From contig JBHGNT010000021.1 in the NCBI GenBank assembly GCA_043228905.1, forward strand, positions 12,338,001 to 12,402,000: DNA of 64,000 bases. The letters are read 5' to 3'. Source of the DNA: Azolla caroliniana. Taxonomy: Eukaryota; Plantae; Polypodiophyta. Shown here piece by piece: positions 10,747 to 23,555 of the stretch. The notes below the pieces were generated by a model that searched no databases, had not been told where the DNA came from, and worked only from the letters and a program-made list of their open reading frames with translations. Position 1 is the first letter of the stretch, and each line of letters begins with the position of its first letter. The position numbers were made by a program, and so were the translations under genes.

Positions 10747-13700
10747 TCTCGTCTATGGCTACATAAAATTCGTTGTTAGTCCGCTTCTTGAAGATCTTCA
10801 CCCGTTTTCCTGCTATAGGCACTCATAGTATCGTTCCATCCAACTCACTTACTCGGTAAGTTTCGTTGTCGAAAACTTTCCGAACCTCATATGGGCCGAA
10901 CCACCTTTTTGCGAACTTCCGTACAGTTGTATGTTGATGATCCAAACTACTGTCATAGACAATCACCCAATCTCCTTCTTCAATCTTCCGTGGTCGTAGT
11001 CGGTGCTTGGTGTCGAACCAGCTTTTGTTCCGGAGTCGCACTTCTTGTTGTCGGCGTGACGCTTCCGCTACATCTTCCAGTCTTCCCTCCAGTTGTCATA
11101 TCCAGACCGCTAGTAGTTCTTCCCGGCTCATCTCTTCCTTCCACGGTAGCATTGTCCATGTCACGATTGCGGTTTCTATCGGCATTACCGGTGCTTGTCC
11201 GGTCATAAGTTCTGCTGGCATATAACCGGTTACAGAGCTATGCGTCGTCCGATCCACCCATAGTGCATACGGGAGCATCTGCGGCCAATCCATCACCCTT
11301 CCGTCGCATGCTTTGGCAAGTGCTTTGACGATCGGACTATGTCCTCACTTGACCTTCCCGTTGGCTTCCGGATTGTATGTCGTTGTTAGTGTTAACCGAA
11401 CTCCATGTTTGGCGAAGAATCCCTTAGCTTTATCAGAGTCAAGTTCTCCCTGATCCACAATCACTTGTCCTACGCACCCGTACCTGCAAAACACTTCTTC
11501 CAAAAGAAATTGACATACCGCAGAACACGTTTTTCTTCGTAGCGCCTGACCTTCTACTTGATTTGTGAGATCTTCCCGAGCTAACACCAAGTACTTCTTT
11601 TGTCCGATCCCGGTTGGCATGGCTACAATGTCGACCATCCATTTGAAGTTGATTGTCGGTGAGAATGTCGGATGTAACTCATCTTGGTGTCGAACTCCGG
11701 AGTAGATTTGACACTTCTCGCAGCTTTCCGTGAACTCCGCGACATCTTTGTACATATTCTTCCACCCTCTTTGCTTGATCTTCCCAAATGTTGCCCATGT
11801 TCCCCGATGTCCAGCCCAATCAGATTCGTGAAATTCGAACATTACCTGGTTTCGTTGCTCTTTTGTCTCGACTACTCGAAGTGGTATGCCACCCGGTGTT
11901 TTCGGCTCCTTCCATAAAAATCCATTTTTCAAGAAGAACTTTCGGACTTGCCGTTTCTTACTTCGGAACTCGGCTCTCTTCTCTTTATTGTCTGATGATT
12001 CCTCGATTTCTCGTAGCATTTTCCCGATCAACAAGCTTTCTCCCTCGTATTCTTCTTCCCGGAATTCTTGGATTACGTCCACCCGGCATATGTGCTCCGA
12101 AGCAAAGTAGTCTTCAGAAACTTCTTCATTATCGGATTCGGTTATGTCATCTCCGAACCGCGCCCTTGATAGCATATCTGCTATAGCGTTGTCTTTTCCG
12201 GAGATGTGTCTTACCTCCGGATTAAGTGACTTAACATATGCAATCCACCTTAGCATAGCCACATCCGGTATAGTACAACACCGCATCATCCCGAGTATCG
12301 GAAGACAATCCGTTTCGATCACTACTTCGGCTCCGATCAAATAATCTCGATCCGATTTGATTGCCGACACGACTCCCCATAATTCTCTTTTGACTTGCGC
12401 ATACCCGTGTTGCCTTTCGTTGAGAACCTTTGCTCCAAATCGGATCGGATATCGCGAACCATCCGAGTCGAGTTGATTGATGACCCATCCGATTCCGGTT
12501 GGACTTGTATCAACCATTACTATAACCGGTCGGTTATAGTTCGGCTTCTTTAGAGCTTCAGCCCTCCGCAATGTTTTCTTGAGCTTCCTCATGGCTTCGG
12601 TGTGTTCCGGTTTACATTCGAACTTCTTCCCCTTCCGCAACAAGTGATAGAGCGGGTCCGCAATATGTGCGTAGTGCGGAATCCATATGTGATAGAATGC
12701 ACATGCTCCAAGAAACCTTCGGACTTCGGATTGTGACTTGCATACTTCTTTCATAGCTTGAATCGCATTGATCTTGGTTGGTGACGGTCTTCGGCCGTAG
12801 GGCCCACATAGATGTCCGACTACCAATATTTCTTCTTGTCCGAATGCCGATTTCTCTCCAGAAAGTGTTAGATGCACATCTTCTAACTTCCGTAACACTT
12901 TCCCACAATCACAGATATGGTTGACTACGAACCTCCGGCATCCCCGTTCATCCATAGCTTCATCTTTTTCTTCCACCGCACACCCTTTTATCGGAATGTC
13001 ATCTAGGAACGGCATCGTTATCTCCGGTATGCAATCCCCTAGCACCTTGTTCATCGCATTCATCATATGTGCGACTGAGTTTGTCGCGCCTTGTGGTAGC
13101 GTACACATCCGGACTAATCCTATCGGTGTCTGCATGGTAGTGATGTCTCGGCTCTCCACGGTTAGTTGGAATTGGTCATATCCAGAGTATAGGTCTCCGA
13201 TGGAGTATATCGCGCGAACGGCAAATGCTTCCGCAAATTCGTCCACTATCGGACCAACTCCGGAATTCCGGATCGTGACCTTGTTCACCGGTTGCAAGTC
13301 TTGGATAAATTGGAGTGATCCATTCTTCTTCGGAACCGTAAACCATCAATTTGAGCACGGAGCGTTTGATGGCTCTAGAATCCCCATCGCCACCTTCTCC
13401 TTGAGCAAGTCGATGACTTTCGGAATATGCGCCCACGGCACCGGAATCGGCTTCAGGCTCCACGGCACATGGTCAATCATGAAGATCACCATCGGCTCCA
13501 CTATCTTCGGATCAACGCACCCTATCTCCTTCGATGTGAATGCAAATGCTTTTCCATGTTGTTCCAGCATCTCACGAAATCGTTCTTCTTCTTTTTGTGA
13601 GAGGAAACCACCTCCACCAATCCGAAGTTTCTTCTGGGTCTCATCCGAGAAGGTATGTCCGATATCCACAGACTTCTGAAGTGTCGGATCCCCCGAGACT

Positions 13701-14160
13701 TCTTTCCTCTTTTGTTCGCTATCTGCGGGTAACGGTCCCGCGGCCGGTTTCACTTTCTTCTCCACGGTCTTGTATTTCGTACTTACCATTGCTTCTTCTT
13801 TGCGGAGTGCATCCGGCCCCATTTTCACAATGATCTCGTACATCTCGACCGACTCCACTAGAATTACCCGGTTTCCCTAGCTTGTATCTTCTGCGAGCTC
13901 TTCAAGCCGTTGTAGTGTGCTCCCATAGAACACTTCTTCGACTATTCCCACGATTTCTTCGCCTTCTTTTATTATTGATGCCGACCGTAACTTATCCTCC
14001 ACTTTTCGGTATTCTTTCTTCATTCCTCCGATTACGGCCGTGTACATGGATGCCCCATTCGGACCGATTCATACTTGTTTTGCACTGAGAGATTTCTTCC
14101 TGTGTGGGGTATCAAGGCTTCTCAGACTATCACTTCCCCACTCCGCAACAGTCTGCTCTA
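10747..14160 (-). pseudogene. Element C ORF2: RT-RNase H-integrase
   Basis: ORFs 13346-13858 and 11345-13297 share a frame. Motifs DLYSGYDQ, LPQGATNS, PFLDD, GHRG, YNPEANG, WFGPY. The acidic tail continues at 7053-7227 beyond the D insertion. No chromodomain seen. Confidence 0.85.
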
Positions 14161-16198
14161 AAAATCCATTCTTGTTTGGGACAAGAGCTCTCTCTTGTTC
14201 CTTTCATGATTTTCCGGCACCGTTAGGAATTGGACGGATTTCGCTCCGTTTTGGCTCCGAATTCGTGCAAAAGCTGCACCGCTATCGAGCACCTTTGTCT
14301 CCATCCGTGAAGCCATGATAAAGGGTTGCCCGAGGATCACGAAGTGTGAGACCTCATCTTGCACGAAGAAATTTTGGTCTATCTCCACATCCCCGATCTT
14401 CACCATCACATCCGGACAAGCCGCAAATAGCTCTTCCGTTGCTTTAGTGGTTGCCCGGATCTTCCACCCATGATTCGTGTTAATAGGCCACTTACCCTTC
14501 TGGTAGAACTCCTTGGACATCAAGTTGATCTCCGATCCATGATCAATCAATGCTAGCACAGGCTCTTTGATGTTACCGATTCGGACCGGAGTCTCCGTAG
14601 TTGCGCGTGCCCAGTGTGGCTTTGTGTAGTGAGAATTCGGTATTTCATCCTCCAATTCGATGTCATTCATTAGAACGGTATTTGCATTCACCCTTGGAGT
14701 GTTCTCCTCCGTACTTTGCCTTTTTCTCTTCACGAGATCCACAAGAAGATCGTGGAACTCCTTCTTTGCTATTCTGAGTAATTCTCGAAGCGAAAAATCT
14801 ACTCGGCTATCGAGGATTCTCTCCTCGAACACCTTTTTCAAGTATGTTTGTTGTTCGATGTCCGAGGCGAGCTTGAATGCCGGAATCATCTTTTCTTTTC
14901 CCTTACCTCCGGAGTTCCAACTTTCCGGTGTCTTCGATGGGCCGGCCACCTCATCCGTGCGCCGTCGCTTCTCATCTAAATACACTTCATGCAATTGGCA
15001 TAAAGCAAACACACTATTCTTATCCACGGGGCATTCCCATCCTGTAGCTTCACGGATGCTTTCCGCGGTGCTTCGGATCTCATTGGAGTCGGTTTTCTCG
15101 GGGTTTTCTAGCATATCCGGCCAAAAAGACGCCTTTGCTCCCTAACGACTCACCCACACTTATTCCCACGATTGTCGCATAATTACCTTTTTCCGCTATT
15201 TCCTCCTCTAGAACCTTCTTCATGCCGCCTTTCCGGAAGTTCGGTCGGAGTGGCTTCCGAGAGTCCATCGAATGAATCCGATTTCCCTCGTAGTAGATAA
15301 GATCCCGTCGTAACGCCTCCTTGTGCTCGTCGCAATCCCTCCAATCGTGTTAGGTGCTATCACACCATATACATCGACGGTCCATATACTTGGAGTTTGT
15401 GGGACGGTCTCCCGACTTCTTCACCATCGCGATTTTCAGATTCTCCATATCTTTCAGCAACTGCTCCACCGTGGTTGCGTCAATCCCCTTCTCGATCGTA
15501 GTCTCTCGAGTCTGCAGTTGATGGTCCTCCAATCCGGATCTCGGTTTCTGAATCGGTTCCGAAACCCTCTTCTCTTCATTAGCAAGCCATTGCCCCCTCT
15601 TCGCGTATCGCGCGACGATATCCTGCACGCTTTCCCACGTTTCGGTGAGGCCTCTTTCGGTGTTCGTGTCCTCCAGAAGCACTCCGAGATCTTTCCGGTC
15701 CCGGACGTCCACAGCTCGCAAAAACATGATGACTTTGTCCGGTGCAAGAATAGTTTGATCTCTCGCGGACAACCCCCCGAACCGACTTTCGAATGACAAA
15801 AACACTTCGAGGACCTTCAACCCCTTACCTGGCGTTTCCACCCAATCTTCGAATCCCCTCCACGTTGCCTTGGAGGAGTCCTCGATAGCGAACGTGGTCT
15901 TTAACGTTTCTTCAAATGCTTCCCATGTTGGATTTTGCTGTTGTAACCCGTGGATACTCCCTTGAAGCCCATCAGTCACCACCCGGTTGAAGGATGTCAC
16001 TTGTAGTCCTTCCGAAATCCGGCACCGGAGCATCTCTGCCTTATAGTCCTGCAAATATCGCGACACATCCTTACCGTTGAATTGCCCGTTGCGTTGCACG
16101 AGCCGCTCTACTGCTGCTGAAATCTCCGACATCACGCGTTGTTCTTGTAGCATCCGCTCGAACATCGCCATCATATTGTTAGCTTGTTGATTCTCCAT
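14158..16198 (-). pseudogene. Element C ORF1: gag-zinc knuckle-aspartic protease (one stop, one 1-nt frameshift)
   Basis: ATG at 16198; knuckle CIWCDST*HDWRDC with an internal stop at 15350; apparent extra G near 15140; protease ALIDHGSEINLMS; ends MDF* at 14158. Confidence 0.8.
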
Positions 16199-16778
16199 CT
16201 CCTTGCCACCCGTATTCACGTCGGGTTCACCACTTGTGTCGTGCCTCTCGACGCCGGATCATTACGTGAGTTGGGTGGGAACCGTTGGGGTTTTGGACTA
16301 GGAGAAAGGAGATCGTGAGAAAGAGATTAATTATGAGTAGATATCAAAGAGAAAGATAAGAAACTCGTGAATCACACGAGTATACTATATTAATTGGTAC
16401 TTAGGTTGTTAAGAAAGAAGTAGATGCATAAATCGTGAATCCCACGAATAATTTTTATATTGATCAATACTTAATCCAAAAATAACCAACCCTTATACAT
16501 CTTTCTCTCCTCCTTATATAAGGACGGAAGAGGCTAAGCATAGCTTCTTGCTTTTCTAAAGTGTTCATGCTCTCTAAATTTGCATGCTTTACTTTTCCCA
16601 CTACGATTTCCTAAATTTAGCATTCATGCCCGCTAGATGTGCATGCGCAATTTTATTAGTGTGCATATCAATAAAGTTTCACGCATTCTAAAAATGCATC
16701 ACTTACCTTTTAATAAAGGTAGGCAAAAATAAAGGTTTTATACGTATTAAATCTATATTATAAACACTTAGAATAAGT

Positions 16779-16858
16779 TAGTACAATGGTAAGGTTGGAG
16801 TTTGTCTGTGTGGAGGTGTAGGGTTTGAATCTTGCCTTATGCATGTAACAAAAATTTT
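16779..16858 (+). promoter_or_regulatory. tRNA-like Pol III type-2 cassette in the C 5' LTR
   Basis: TAGTACAATGG ... GGTTTGAATCT; stem GTAGG/CTTGC with G-U pairs; TTTT downstream. Confidence 0.5.
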
Positions 16859-18227
16859 AATGTTTCTTTTATTTACAATTGTGTCTCTTCATCCCGTAAG
16901 AGACTCTCACCCGCCTTCTTCATCCGGCTCTTCCTTGCCGATTCCTCCTTGCCGGTTCCTCTTCGTCCGGTTTTCACCGAGTATTTCATTCTCTATACAG
17001 ATGGGCAAAATGCAATTTCCACGTAGTGTGTAAATTACACTACGACAACATTTCTATCTAGAGTGGTCGAGATGGGCTTACAATCTGCCATCCCGAACTT
17101 GAAGAGCATATTCAGTGCGTATTGACGTTGATTGATCAATATGCCTTCGAGGGAACGAATCACTTCGATCCCGAGGAAGTGAAGATCGTCAAGATCCTTC
17201 ATTTCGAACGATGCCGCAAGCTGAGACTTTACACGACTGATTTCTTCCAGGTCAGCACCAACAATGACTAAATCATCAACATAAAGTAAAAGACAAACCA
17301 GTCCACGTCGACCTTGCCAAACGAACAACGAGGAGTCCGATTTGGACGTTGTAAACCCCATTCTACGCAACCGTTGCGTAATCTTCGCGGGGTTTGCTTA
17401 AGGCCGTATAACGCCTTCTTCAATCGGCAAACTGCCGAAGTGTTCTATTTGGATAGAAATATGGGGGGTTGTACCATGTACATTTGTTCCTCAAGATCAT
17501 CTTGCCGGAACGCATTCTTTACATCCATTTGATGTAGTTGCCACCCCTTCACTGCAACTATGGCTAGCAGAACTCGCACGGTAGTCATCTTCGCGACCGG
17601 CGCGAAGGTCTCGTCGTAATCGATGTCGTGCTTCTGCGTGTAGCCTTTCGCAACCAAACAGGCCTTACATCGATTGACCGAGCCTTCGGTGTTGTATTTC
17701 ACGTTAAACACCCATCTGCATCTGATCGGCTTAACACCTTTAGGTGCATCAACCAGGTCCCAAGTCTCATTGTCCGATAATTCGCACATCTCTTCCTCCA
17801 TCGCGGCACGCCAATTTGTGTCTTCTGTCGCTTCTACGTAGCTCTCCGGGTCACGCACTTCCGCCACTCGCATGATGTATGCATAATGATGTGCCATGTA
17901 CTCATTATACCCGTACCTCTTTACAGTGTTCTTCAGGCAGGTAGATCGGCGTAATTCGTGATTACCCGATTTCACGGCCTTTTCAGTCGATTTCGACTTC
18001 TTCTATGGAGATTCCTTTTCAATTGGCCCGAAGTTAGATTCCCTCTGATCTAACCCGGCACTACCGAAATCGTATTCCGACAATTTTTTAATCTTCCCTT
18101 TTTCTTTACGTGTAAACTGTCTCCTCGGTTCTTTACGCGGGGACAACACGGTGTCACATTGTGAAATAAGGCGGGACCACGGGGGCCCTGAACCGAGGAG
18201 CAAGAGAGACAAGAGGAAGTGAGAAGT

Positions 18228-21200
18228 TGTTGGGATTACAGTCCCTTTCGGATGGGATGGTCGGATGTTGGAGATGAATGCCGACAAGCCCGGTTGCGGT
18301 TTCGGAACCGGATGATGAAGACCCCGGCTTCGGAGCCGGATGACGAATGTACCCGGAGAGAGATCCGGATGCAGGGACATATCTGTGAATATGTTTGCCA
18401 AGGGCCCTTGAGGCTATAGTTGTAAATAGCCCCAAAGTCATATGTGTATAAATATGACTTAGGGCAAACAGTTTTAATGCTGCTGATCATTTTTCTGTTT
18501 TTCCACTCAAGAGGAGTGAAGAGAGAGCAGCCGCGAGAGAGATAGAGCGTGAGAGAAGAAGAGGTCGACGCCTCTGTGTATTTCCGCCGCCTGTGGCGAG
18601 GACAACGAGCTCAAGGTCGTCGCCTTGCAGCTCGCCATTGTATACTTCTCTGTGCATAGTTTTGGTTCGGAGTCATGTACTCCCGTGGTTTTTCCCGTAC
18701 AGGGTTTTCCACGTTAAATCGTGTGTCCACTTATTTTCTTCTGCATTTCCCATTTCTCTGCAACAACGATTCGTGTGTTTCCTCGGTTGTGGCCGAGAGG
18801 TGAAGTTTGGAAAGTGTCGATTAATTTTCCATCAATTTGGTATCAGAGCAGGCTGCTGCAGAAAATGGAAGGCGGCGGCAGCGGGCAGCCGGGGATGATG
18901 GTGCTGAATGCGCAGAATTACGCCGACTGGAAGATCAAGATGGAGGATCTTCTGATTGTTCGGGACCTGTACGAACCGATTGACAGGTCGGAAATACCGA
19001 AGGGGGTACTTGAGTCGGAATGGAGGCTTCTGAACCGGAAAGCCGTTGCAACCATTCGGCAATACGTCGACGTGAGCGTTCTACAACATGTGGCGAACGA
19101 CACCAACGCATATGAGATGTGGCGGAAGCTGTCGGGCCTCTACGAGAGGAAGAATGCGTTGAACCGGACCTCCCTGATGAGGAAGATAGTGAACCTCAAG
19201 TACCGGGACGGCGAGAGTATGGTGGAACACGTAAGCACGTTCATGGGATTCGTGAACCAGCTTGCGGCGATCAAGTTCCCGTTGGAGGATGCAATGCAAG
19301 CCATCATCCTGATGTGTACATTACCGGAAAGCTGGGAGAACTTGGTGGTGACTCTCAGCACCTCCTGCACGGAAGATAACTTGTCCCTACAAACGGTAAA
19401 GACAAGTATTTTGAACGAAGAAGCGCGTCGGAGAGATAAAGAACCGGCCTCCGACTCGAAGGCGCTGCTTACCGAATCGGAACGGGGAAGACAATGGAAC
19501 CGGAGTCCGCAAAGACGGGAGAAGTCGGGGACCCGGTCGCAGTCAAGAGGAAGACCCACATGCTTTCACTGTGGGAAGCCGGGGCACTTCCGGAAGAATT
19601 GTCGGCATTACCGAAAGGACAACGGAGCCGACGACACCGATTCGAAGAAGTCACCGGAGAGAAACGGTGCATATCGGGGAGCCACGGACCGGAGAGGTCC
19701 GGATCGGCGAGGGCAGGACTGGAAAGGAACGACGGCACTCGCGGCAAGTGAGGAAGAAATCATGCTCATCACCGAAGAAGGTGAACTAAACATTGCCGGC
19801 GATGAGACGACCTGGGTGGTCGATTCCGGAGCATCGTTCCACCTGACCCCGGAGAGAAGATACTTCTCATCCTACACAGCCGGTGAACATGGCTGTGTTC
19901 GGATGGGAAATGAAGGTACGTGCCGGATTGCCGGCATAGGAGACGTGTGGTTGACAACCCCGACCGGATGCAAAATGCTGCTGAAGGATGTCCGACACGT
20001 TCCGGAGGTTCGATTGAACCTGATTTCGGCCGGGAGGCTAGACGATGAAGGCTACACAGGTAGCATCCGGAACGGCGTAATGAAGTTCAGCAAGGGGAGC
20101 CTGATAGTGGCTCGGGCCCGGAAAGACAACACACTGTACCTGATGAATGCCCGGTTATGTCCGGAAGAGCTGAATGTGGCAGCCGACACTGCCGGTGAGC
20201 TGTGGCACAAAAGACTGTGCCACATGAGTGAGAAGGGGATGAAGAGGCTTGCAGAAGACAACCTTATTCCAGTGAAGCACGTGCACCTGGAGAAGTGCAC
20301 CGATTGCCTGGCCGGTAAGCAGAACCGAGCCTCCTTCCACTCAAGGCCACCGACGAGACGTAGTGTACCATTGGAGTTGGTACACACTGATGTGTGTCAG
20401 GTAGAAACGAAGTCACATGGCGGAGCCCAGTACTTCGTAACATTCATTGATGATCACAGCCGGAAGCTGTGGACGGCACCGTTGAAGACAAAGGACCAAG
20501 TGTTGTGCGTCTTCAAAGAACTCCACGCGAGAGTGGAAAGGGAATCCGGCAAGAAGCTGAAAGCGATACGAGCGGATAACGGAGGGGAATACCGGGGGCA
20601 GTTCGCGGAGTACTGTCGCTCGAAGGGAATCCGGCTCGAGTTTACTGTGCCGAAGACGCCGGAACTGAACGGGCTGGCCGAGAGGATGAACCGGACCATA
20701 ATGGAGAGGGTCCGGAGTATGCTGGCGCATGCGGAATTACCCAAGGGGTTTTGGGCTGAGGCGATGTCGACGGCGACATACGTGATAAACAGATCACCCT
20801 CAGTACCTTTGGACGGAGACACACCGCAGAGAGTGTGGACCGGTAGGGAAGTATCCTACCGGCATCTGAAGGTGTTCGGGTGTCTCGCATACGTGCATGT
20901 GGCAAAGGACCGGAGAGGAAAGCTAGATCCAAAGACCCGGCCATGCATATTCCTCGGTTACGGCGATGACGAGTTCGGCTACCGAGTATGGGACCTGGTC
21001 GACAAGAAGATATTCCGGAGTCGTGATATCATCTTCATGGAGAACAAGACACTCGCCGACTGGGAGTCGGAGAAGAAGATGAAGAGCTCCAAGTCGACCG
21101 GTGAGGATCAACTCTACGAGGAGCAGTCCCGACCGGCAAGGGACCGGTTAGCACTCGAGGATCCGGCCGAAGACGGTGAAGAAACAGAACCGGCCGAAGA

Positions 21201-23555
21201 AGATGAAAATGATACCGGAACCGGTCCCGATCCCGAAATGGATTCGGATGAAGAAGAATCGGAAGAACCGGTTACCGAAGCTCCGGAACGGAGATATCCT
21301 CTAAGAGAGAGAAGGGCCCCCCGGAGATTTCCGGAACCAGAGCACGTGCTGCTAACCGACGAGGGGGAGCCGGAGAGCTTTGAAGAAGCAAAGCATGACA
21401 CCCAGAGCCGCAGGTGGTTGAGTGCCATGCAGGACGAGATGGATTCCCTGCATGAGAACCACACATATGAACTTGTGGAGTTGCCGAAAGGAAAGCGGGC
21501 ACTTCGAAACAAGTGGGTGTACAAGCTGAAACCGGGAGATGCCGGAAACCCCCCGAGATACAAAGCCAGGATCGTGGTGAAGGGGTTTCAGCAGAAGAAG
21601 GGCGTCGACTTCGACGAGATATTTGCCCCGGTAGTGAAGATGACCTCCATCCGGACGGTGCTGAGCATAGCGGCAAGCATGGACCTCGAGGTAGAACAGA
21701 TGGACGTGAAGACGGCATTCCTTCACGGTGACCTCGAAGAAGAGATCTACATGCAGCAACCGGAAGGATTCGAGAAAAAAGGGAAGGAGCACCTGGTATG
21801 CCGGTTGAAGAAGAGCCTTTACGGACTGAAGCAGGCTCCCCGGCAATGGTACCGGAAGTTCGACTCCTTCATGACCGACGAAGGGTACCTCAAAACGCAG
21901 TCCGACCACTGCGTGTTTGTGAAGAAGTTCGAAGGAGGAGACTTTCTAATACTCCTCCTGTACGTGGACGACATGTTGATCGTCGAACGGGACCAGGTCA
22001 AGATACGGATGCTGAAGAAGGCTCTTCACCGAACCTTCTCAATGAAGGACTTGGGTCCGGCGAGACAAATACTAGGGATGCACATCATCCGGGACCGGAG
22101 CAAGAAGCAGTTGTGGCTGTCACAGGAGAAGTACGTGACAAAGGTGCTTAAACGGTTCAACATGTCGGAAGCAAGACCGGTCGGATCGACCCTCCCTGCA
22201 AACTGCAAGCTGTCCAGCAAGCAAAGCCCCAAGACAAAGGCTGAGAAGGAGGACATGATGAAAGTGCCATATGCCTCTGCCGTCGGAAGCTTGATGTACG
22301 CAATGGTGTGTACAAGACCGGACATCGGATACGCAGTCGGAGTGGTGAGCCGGTACATGAGCAATCCCGGCAAAGAGCATTGGAACGCGGCCAAGTGGAT
22401 ACTCCGATACCTGAAGGGCACGGCAAACGTGTGCCTCCGATTCGGCTCCGGTAAGCCCGAACTCGACGGCTTCACCGATTCGGATATGTCGGCTGATGCA
22501 GATACCAGCCGGTCCACATCAGGGTATGTGATGACGTATGCAAGGGGAGCGGTTTCATGGCAGTCGAGGCTGCAGAAGACGGTTGCGTTGTCAACCACGG
22601 AGGCGGAGTACATGGCGGCTGTTGAAGCCGGCAAGGAAATAATATGGATGAAGGACTTCATTAGAGAGCTCGGTATCCGGCAGGAGGAGTACCGACTCTA
22701 CTGCGACAGTCAGAGTGCAATCCACCTTGCGAAGAACGCGGCCTATCACTCCCGGACGAAGCACATCCAGCGAAGATATCACTAGATCCGGGAAAGGATA
22801 GAAGACAAGGAGTTCGTGCTGACGAAGGTCCACACGGACGAGAACGGGTCGGATATGCTGACCAAGGTGCTCACACCCGACAAGCTGGAAGCATGCCGGA
22901 AGAGGATCGGATTGGAGAGACATCCCATGCCGAAGTGAAGGGGGAGTTTGTTGGGATTACGGTCCCTTTCGGATGGGATGGTCGGATGTTGGAGATGAAT
23001 GCCGACAAGCCTGGTTGCGGTTTCGGAACCGGATGATGAAGACCCCGGCTTCGGAGCCGGATGACGAATGTACCCGGAGAGAGATCCGGATGCGGGGACA
23101 TATCTGTGAATATGTTTGCCAAGGGCCCTTGAGGCTATAGTTGTAAATAGCCCCAAAGTCATATGTGTATAAATATGACTTAGGGCAAACAGTTTTAATG
23201 CTGCTGATCATTTTTCTGTTTTTCCACTCAAGAGGAGTGAAGAGAGAGCAGCCGCGAGAGAGATAGAGCGTGAGAGAAGAAGAGGTCGACGCCTCTGTGT
23301 ATTTCCGCCGCCTGTGGCGAGGACAGCGAGCTCAAGGTCGTCGCCTTGCAGCTCGCCATTGTATACTTCTCTGTGCATAGTTTTGGTTCGGAGTCGTGTA
23401 CTCCCGTGGTTTTTCCCGTACAGGGTTTTCCACGTTAAATCGTGTGTCCACTTATTTTCTTCTGCATTTCCCATTTCTCTGCAACAACGATTCGTGTGTT
23501 TCCTCGGTTGTGGCCGAGAGGTGAAGTTTGGAAAGTGTCGATTAATTTTCCATCA
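18228..23555 (+). mobile_element. Near-intact Copia element E (Tnt1/Tork-like)
   Basis: 607-bp LTRs at 18228-18834 and 22949-23555 with 5 transitions seen by eye; TSD gaagt; PBS tggtatcagagc 18838-18849; PPT gaagggggag. Confidence 0.97.
18865..22938 (+). CDS. Copia Gag-Pol polyprotein of E with one premature TAG (22783-22785) in RNase H
   Basis: CFHCGKPGHFRKNC, WVVDSGASFH, WHKRLCH, LELVHTDV, YVDDML, GFTDSD. The frame continues past HIQRRYH* with IRERIEDK...SDMLTK to TGA at 22938. Confidence 0.92.

Larger units (their letters stand above)
6242..17047 (-). mobile_element. Ty3/Gypsy element C, full length, tRNA-Trp primed, several nonsense mutations
   Basis: 811-bp TG..CA LTRs at 6242-7052 and 16237-17047; 4-bp TSD acgt/acat; PBS tggtgaacccgacgtgaa; PPT gagggggtgag. 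Domain order gag-CCHC, protease (LIDHGSEIN), RT (FLDD), RNase H (VDTS...ETD), integrase (H-H-C-C, core, GPY). Confidence 0.95.

Noticed and set aside
18721-18864. N-terminal extension of the 1354-aa ORF
   Set aside because: It starts at a GTG within the LTR and runs through the PBS; the plausible start is the ATG at 18865.
12921-22661. Long antisense ORFs over the C and E pol genes (e.g. 12921-13679, 22026-22661)
   Set aside because: Shadow frames of GC-rich coding sequence with no recognisable motifs.
22783-22785. Programmed stop readthrough in element E
   Set aside because: The TAG sits at a usually aromatic (W/F) RNase H position and lacks the CARYYA readthrough context; a point mutation is simpler.
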